A stretch of 64,000 nucleotides of DNA from contig OZ251231.1 in assembly GCA_965240325.2 (NCBI GenBank), forward strand, positions 2,418,001-2,482,000. The letters are read 5' to 3'. The DNA is from Rebecca billardiae RCC1528. Its lineage: Eukaryota; Protista; Haptophyta. Positions 61,489 to 64,000 of this stretch are shown piece after piece; the stretch's first letter is position 1; each line of letters opens with the position of its first letter. The position numbers and the translations under genes were made by a program. The notes beneath the pieces were generated by a model. It worked only from the letters and a program-made list of their open reading frames with translations. It was not told the DNA's origin and ran no database searches.

Positions 61489-63915
61489 ATGCTGGCGCTG
61501 CTGCGAGGCGGCCGCGGCGCGGGCGGCCGCGCGCGGTGGCTCAGCACGGCGCGGCGGGAGGCGTCGGCGCTACGCCCCGCCGCCCCCGCCGCGCCGCTGC
61601 GCCCCCCGCTCCGCCCGCGCGAGGCGAAGCGAGGCGCGTGGAAGCTGCGGCAGCGGCTCAAGTCGCGGCAGCACCCGCTCGAGGTCCTCTCGCTCTACGA
61701 GCACGAGAAGCACCGGTTCGACGACGGGCTGCTCGCGGACGCGTGGTACCACGTGTACTTCACCTCCGCGCGCTGGCCCGCCGCGCGCCGGCGCGCCGAG
61801 CTGCTCGGCGCCTCGGGCGCGCGCGCGCCCGCGGCCGAGCCGCCGTGTGCGCGCGCCGCGCCGCCGCTGCACGCGCTGCAGCTGCACGTGTGCGAGCGAG
61901 CGGCGCACTTCGACGTGCGCGGCGCGGCGCGCGCGGCGTTCGCCGCGGCGAAGCTCTCGGCGCCGCCCGTGCTGCGCGCGCTCGCCCCCGCGCTGCGCGC
62001 GCACGCCGACGAGCTCGCGCTCGAGCCGCGCCGGCTGAGCAGCACGCTGTGGGCGTACGCAATGGGCGGGGTGGGCGCGCCCGAGGTGTTCGGCGCGGCG
62101 GCGCGGCACGTGCTGCGCGGGGCGGCGCTCGAGGGGTTCAACACGCACGACCTCACGCAGGCCGCGTGGGCCTTCGCCCGCGCGCACGCCGCCGGCCACG
62201 GCGTGGCCGACGGCGCGGCCGCCGTCGAGGCGATCGCGCGGCGCGCGCTGGCCATCGGCGGCGGCGGCGGCGGCGGCGGCGAGGAGCTGACGGCGAATCA
62301 GCTCTCGATCCTGGCGTGGTCGCTCGTCTCGTCGGGCGCGTCGGGCGCGCCGAGCGCCGAGCTGCTCGACCAGATCGGCGCGCGCCTCGCGCCGCGCGTG
62401 GCGGAGGTGCTTCACTTTGACCTCGCGCACGCGGCGTGGGCGATAGCCAAGGGCGGGCGCGGCCGCGCCGAGGGCGGCGCGCTGCTGGACGCGGTGCTGA
62501 CGCTGCCGGAGCAGACGCTGCGCGCGCTGCCGCCGCAGACGCTCGGCATGCTGGTGTGGGCGCTGGGCGCGAGCGGCCGGCTCGGCGGCACGGCGGCGGA
62601 CGACGACGAGCCGCGAGCCGCGGCGCCGGCCGCCGAGGCGGGCGCGCAGCAGCCGCGCGCGCGCGCGGCGCACGGCGCGCGCGCCGCGCCGCGCGCGCCG
62701 CGGCCGCTCGCGGCGCCGGGCGCGCGCGCCGACGCGTGCTCCGAGCTGGAGGACGAGGACGCGCTCGAGCTGCACGCGCCGAGCGGCAGCGCGGCCACCG
62801 ACCCCGCCGCGCCCGCGCCGCCGCCCGACCCCGCCGCGGCGCGCGGCCTCGCCGCGCTCGAGCGCGCGCTGCTGGCGCGCGCGCATGAGCTGGGCGAGCG
62901 CGAGCTCTCGCATGTCTTCACGGCGTACGCGGGGCGCAAGCCGCGCGCGCGCGCGCTGCTCGGCCGGCTGGCGGAGGTGGCGCCGCGCAAGGTGCGCACG
63001 TTCACGCCGCAGAGCCTCTCGCTCGTCGCGTGGGCGGTCGTCGCCTCGCGCACGCCCGCGCGGCCGCTGCTCGACGCGATCGCGCGCGAGGCGCACGCGC
63101 AGGCGGGCGCGCTGTCGCTCGGCGCGGCCGGCGGCGGGCTGACGGCGCGGCTGCTGTGGGCGCTGGCGGTGGGCGAGGCGGACGCGCGGCCGCTCTTCCA
63201 GGCGCTCGCGGACCGCGTCGCCGCCGAGCCCGACGCGCTCGCCGAGCTCGAGCCCGCGGTGGGCACGATCCTGTGCTGGACGTACTGCGCGATGCGCCTC
63301 TTCCCGCGGCCGCTGCTAGCGCCGCTCGTGCAGCGCTTCAATCGCACGCCGCCCGAGCGCTTCAGCAGCCGGCAGCTCGTGCAGCTGCACCAGCTGGCGA
63401 ACTCGCTCGCGCTCGAGGCGCCGCAGCTCGGCCTCGCCCTCGCGCCCGCGCTGCACGCCGCCGCGACCGACGCGATCTCGCACGGCACGCCGATCATCAC
63501 GTCGGAGCTGCACCTCGACGTGTCGAGCGCGCTCACAAGGCTGGGCGTGCCGCACGCCAACGAGGCGCTGCTGCCCGACCTCGCGTACCGGGTGGACATC
63601 GGCGTGCGCGGCACGCGCGTGGTGGTGCAGGTGAACGGCCCGGGGCACTACCTGCCGAGCGCCGCGCGCGCGCAGCGGCCGCAGCTCAGCCGCAAGCAGC
63701 GGCTGCTGCTGCGGCACGCGCGGCTCGCCGGCTGGCACGTCGTCGAGCTGCCGTACTGGGAGTGGGACGCCGCGTGGGAGCTGGACGAGCACGCGGGCGG
63801 CAGCACGGGCGCGCGCGACGCGTACCTGCGCCGCCGGCTGCAGGGGCTCGTCGACCTCGCGGGGGAGCACCCGGGTGGTGCCGGCGCAGCAGCCGCGCAC
63901 GCCCAGAGCCCCTGA
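61489..63915 (+). CDS. RAP-domain helical-repeat protein (FASTK/OPR/HPR-like), probably organellar RNA-binding
   Basis: Repeated LSxxxWAxA helices; C-terminal SELHLDVSSAL..YRVDI..VVQVNGPGHY..GWHVVELPYWEW; transit-peptide-like N-terminus. Confidence 0.88.
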   Translation: MLALLRGGRGAGGRARWLSTARREASALRPAAPAAPLRPPLRPREAKRGAWKLRQRLKSRQHPLEVLSLYEHEKHRFDDGLLADAWYHVYFTSARWPAARRRAELLGASGARAPAAEPPCARAAPPLHALQLHVCERAAHFDVRGAARAAFAAAKLSAPPVLRALAPALRAHADELALEPRRLSSTLWAYAMGGVGAPEVFGAAARHVLRGAALEGFNTHDLTQAAWAFARAHAAGHGVADGAAAVEAIARRALAIGGGGGGGGEELTANQLSILAWSLVSSGASGAPSAELLDQIGARLAPRVAEVLHFDLAHAAWAIAKGGRGRAEGGALLDAVLTLPEQTLRALPPQTLGMLVWALGASGRLGGTAADDDEPRAAAPAAEAGAQQPRARAAHGARAAPRAPRPLAAPGARADACSELEDEDALELHAPSGSAATDPAAPAPPPDPAAARGLAALERALLARAHELGERELSHVFTAYAGRKPRARALLGRLAEVAPRKVRTFTPQSLSLVAWAVVASRTPARPLLDAIAREAHAQAGALSLGAAGGGLTARLLWALAVGEADARPLFQALADRVAAEPDALAELEPAVGTILCWTYCAMRLFPRPLLAPLVQRFNRTPPERFSSRQLVQLHQLANSLALEAPQLGLALAPALHAAATDAISHGTPIITSELHLDVSSALTRLGVPHANEALLPDLAYRVDIGVRGTRVVVQVNGPGHYLPSAARAQRPQLSRKQRLLLRHARLAGWHVVELPYWEWDAAWELDEHAGGSTGARDAYLRRRLQGLVDLAGEHPGGAGAAAAHAQSP

Positions 63916-64000
63916 CGGCGATTGGATCGCGCCTGCCGCCCGGCGCGCCCGACTCGGCCGACGGCTGCAGCCCGGTGGAGTTTGGCCAGCAGTAGTCTTC

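Overview
Gene-dense, very GC-rich eukaryotic nuclear DNA with short GC-rich spliceosomal introns, at least one with a GC donor. The style suggests a microalga such as a haptophyte; this is an inference and the organism was not identified. The left part carries housekeeping genes: a response-regulator C-terminus, a Ulp1/SENP SUMO protease, NMD3, VPS36, TMEM115-like, TatD, a bestrophin, TilS, a UBA-PUB protein, an ODA docking-complex-like coiled-coil protein and a DUF4139-type protein with an embedded ubiquitin domain. The right end carries a gamma-tubulin complex component and a RAP-domain protein. The main finding is a cluster of four paralogous genes at 43.8-55.7 kb, built from 19, 10, 10 and 12 near-perfect 114-bp (38-aa) C-x4-C-x16-C-x2-H EsV-1-7-type repeats. 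Their variation is concentrated at a few residues and reshuffled between paralogs, and each ends in an NLS-like tail. This is a candidate TALE/PRDM9-like modular nucleic-acid recognition system. Three of the genes lie in a microhomology-bounded ~3.5-kb tandem amplification; the fourth looks separately mobilised into a (TA)n tract. The window also holds two non-autonomous element families with Helitron2/Helentron-type ends (asymmetric inverted repeats plus a 3' hairpin), a nested TIR element with a 6-bp TSD, and a recurrent pattern of short insertions at CAG/CTG triplets.
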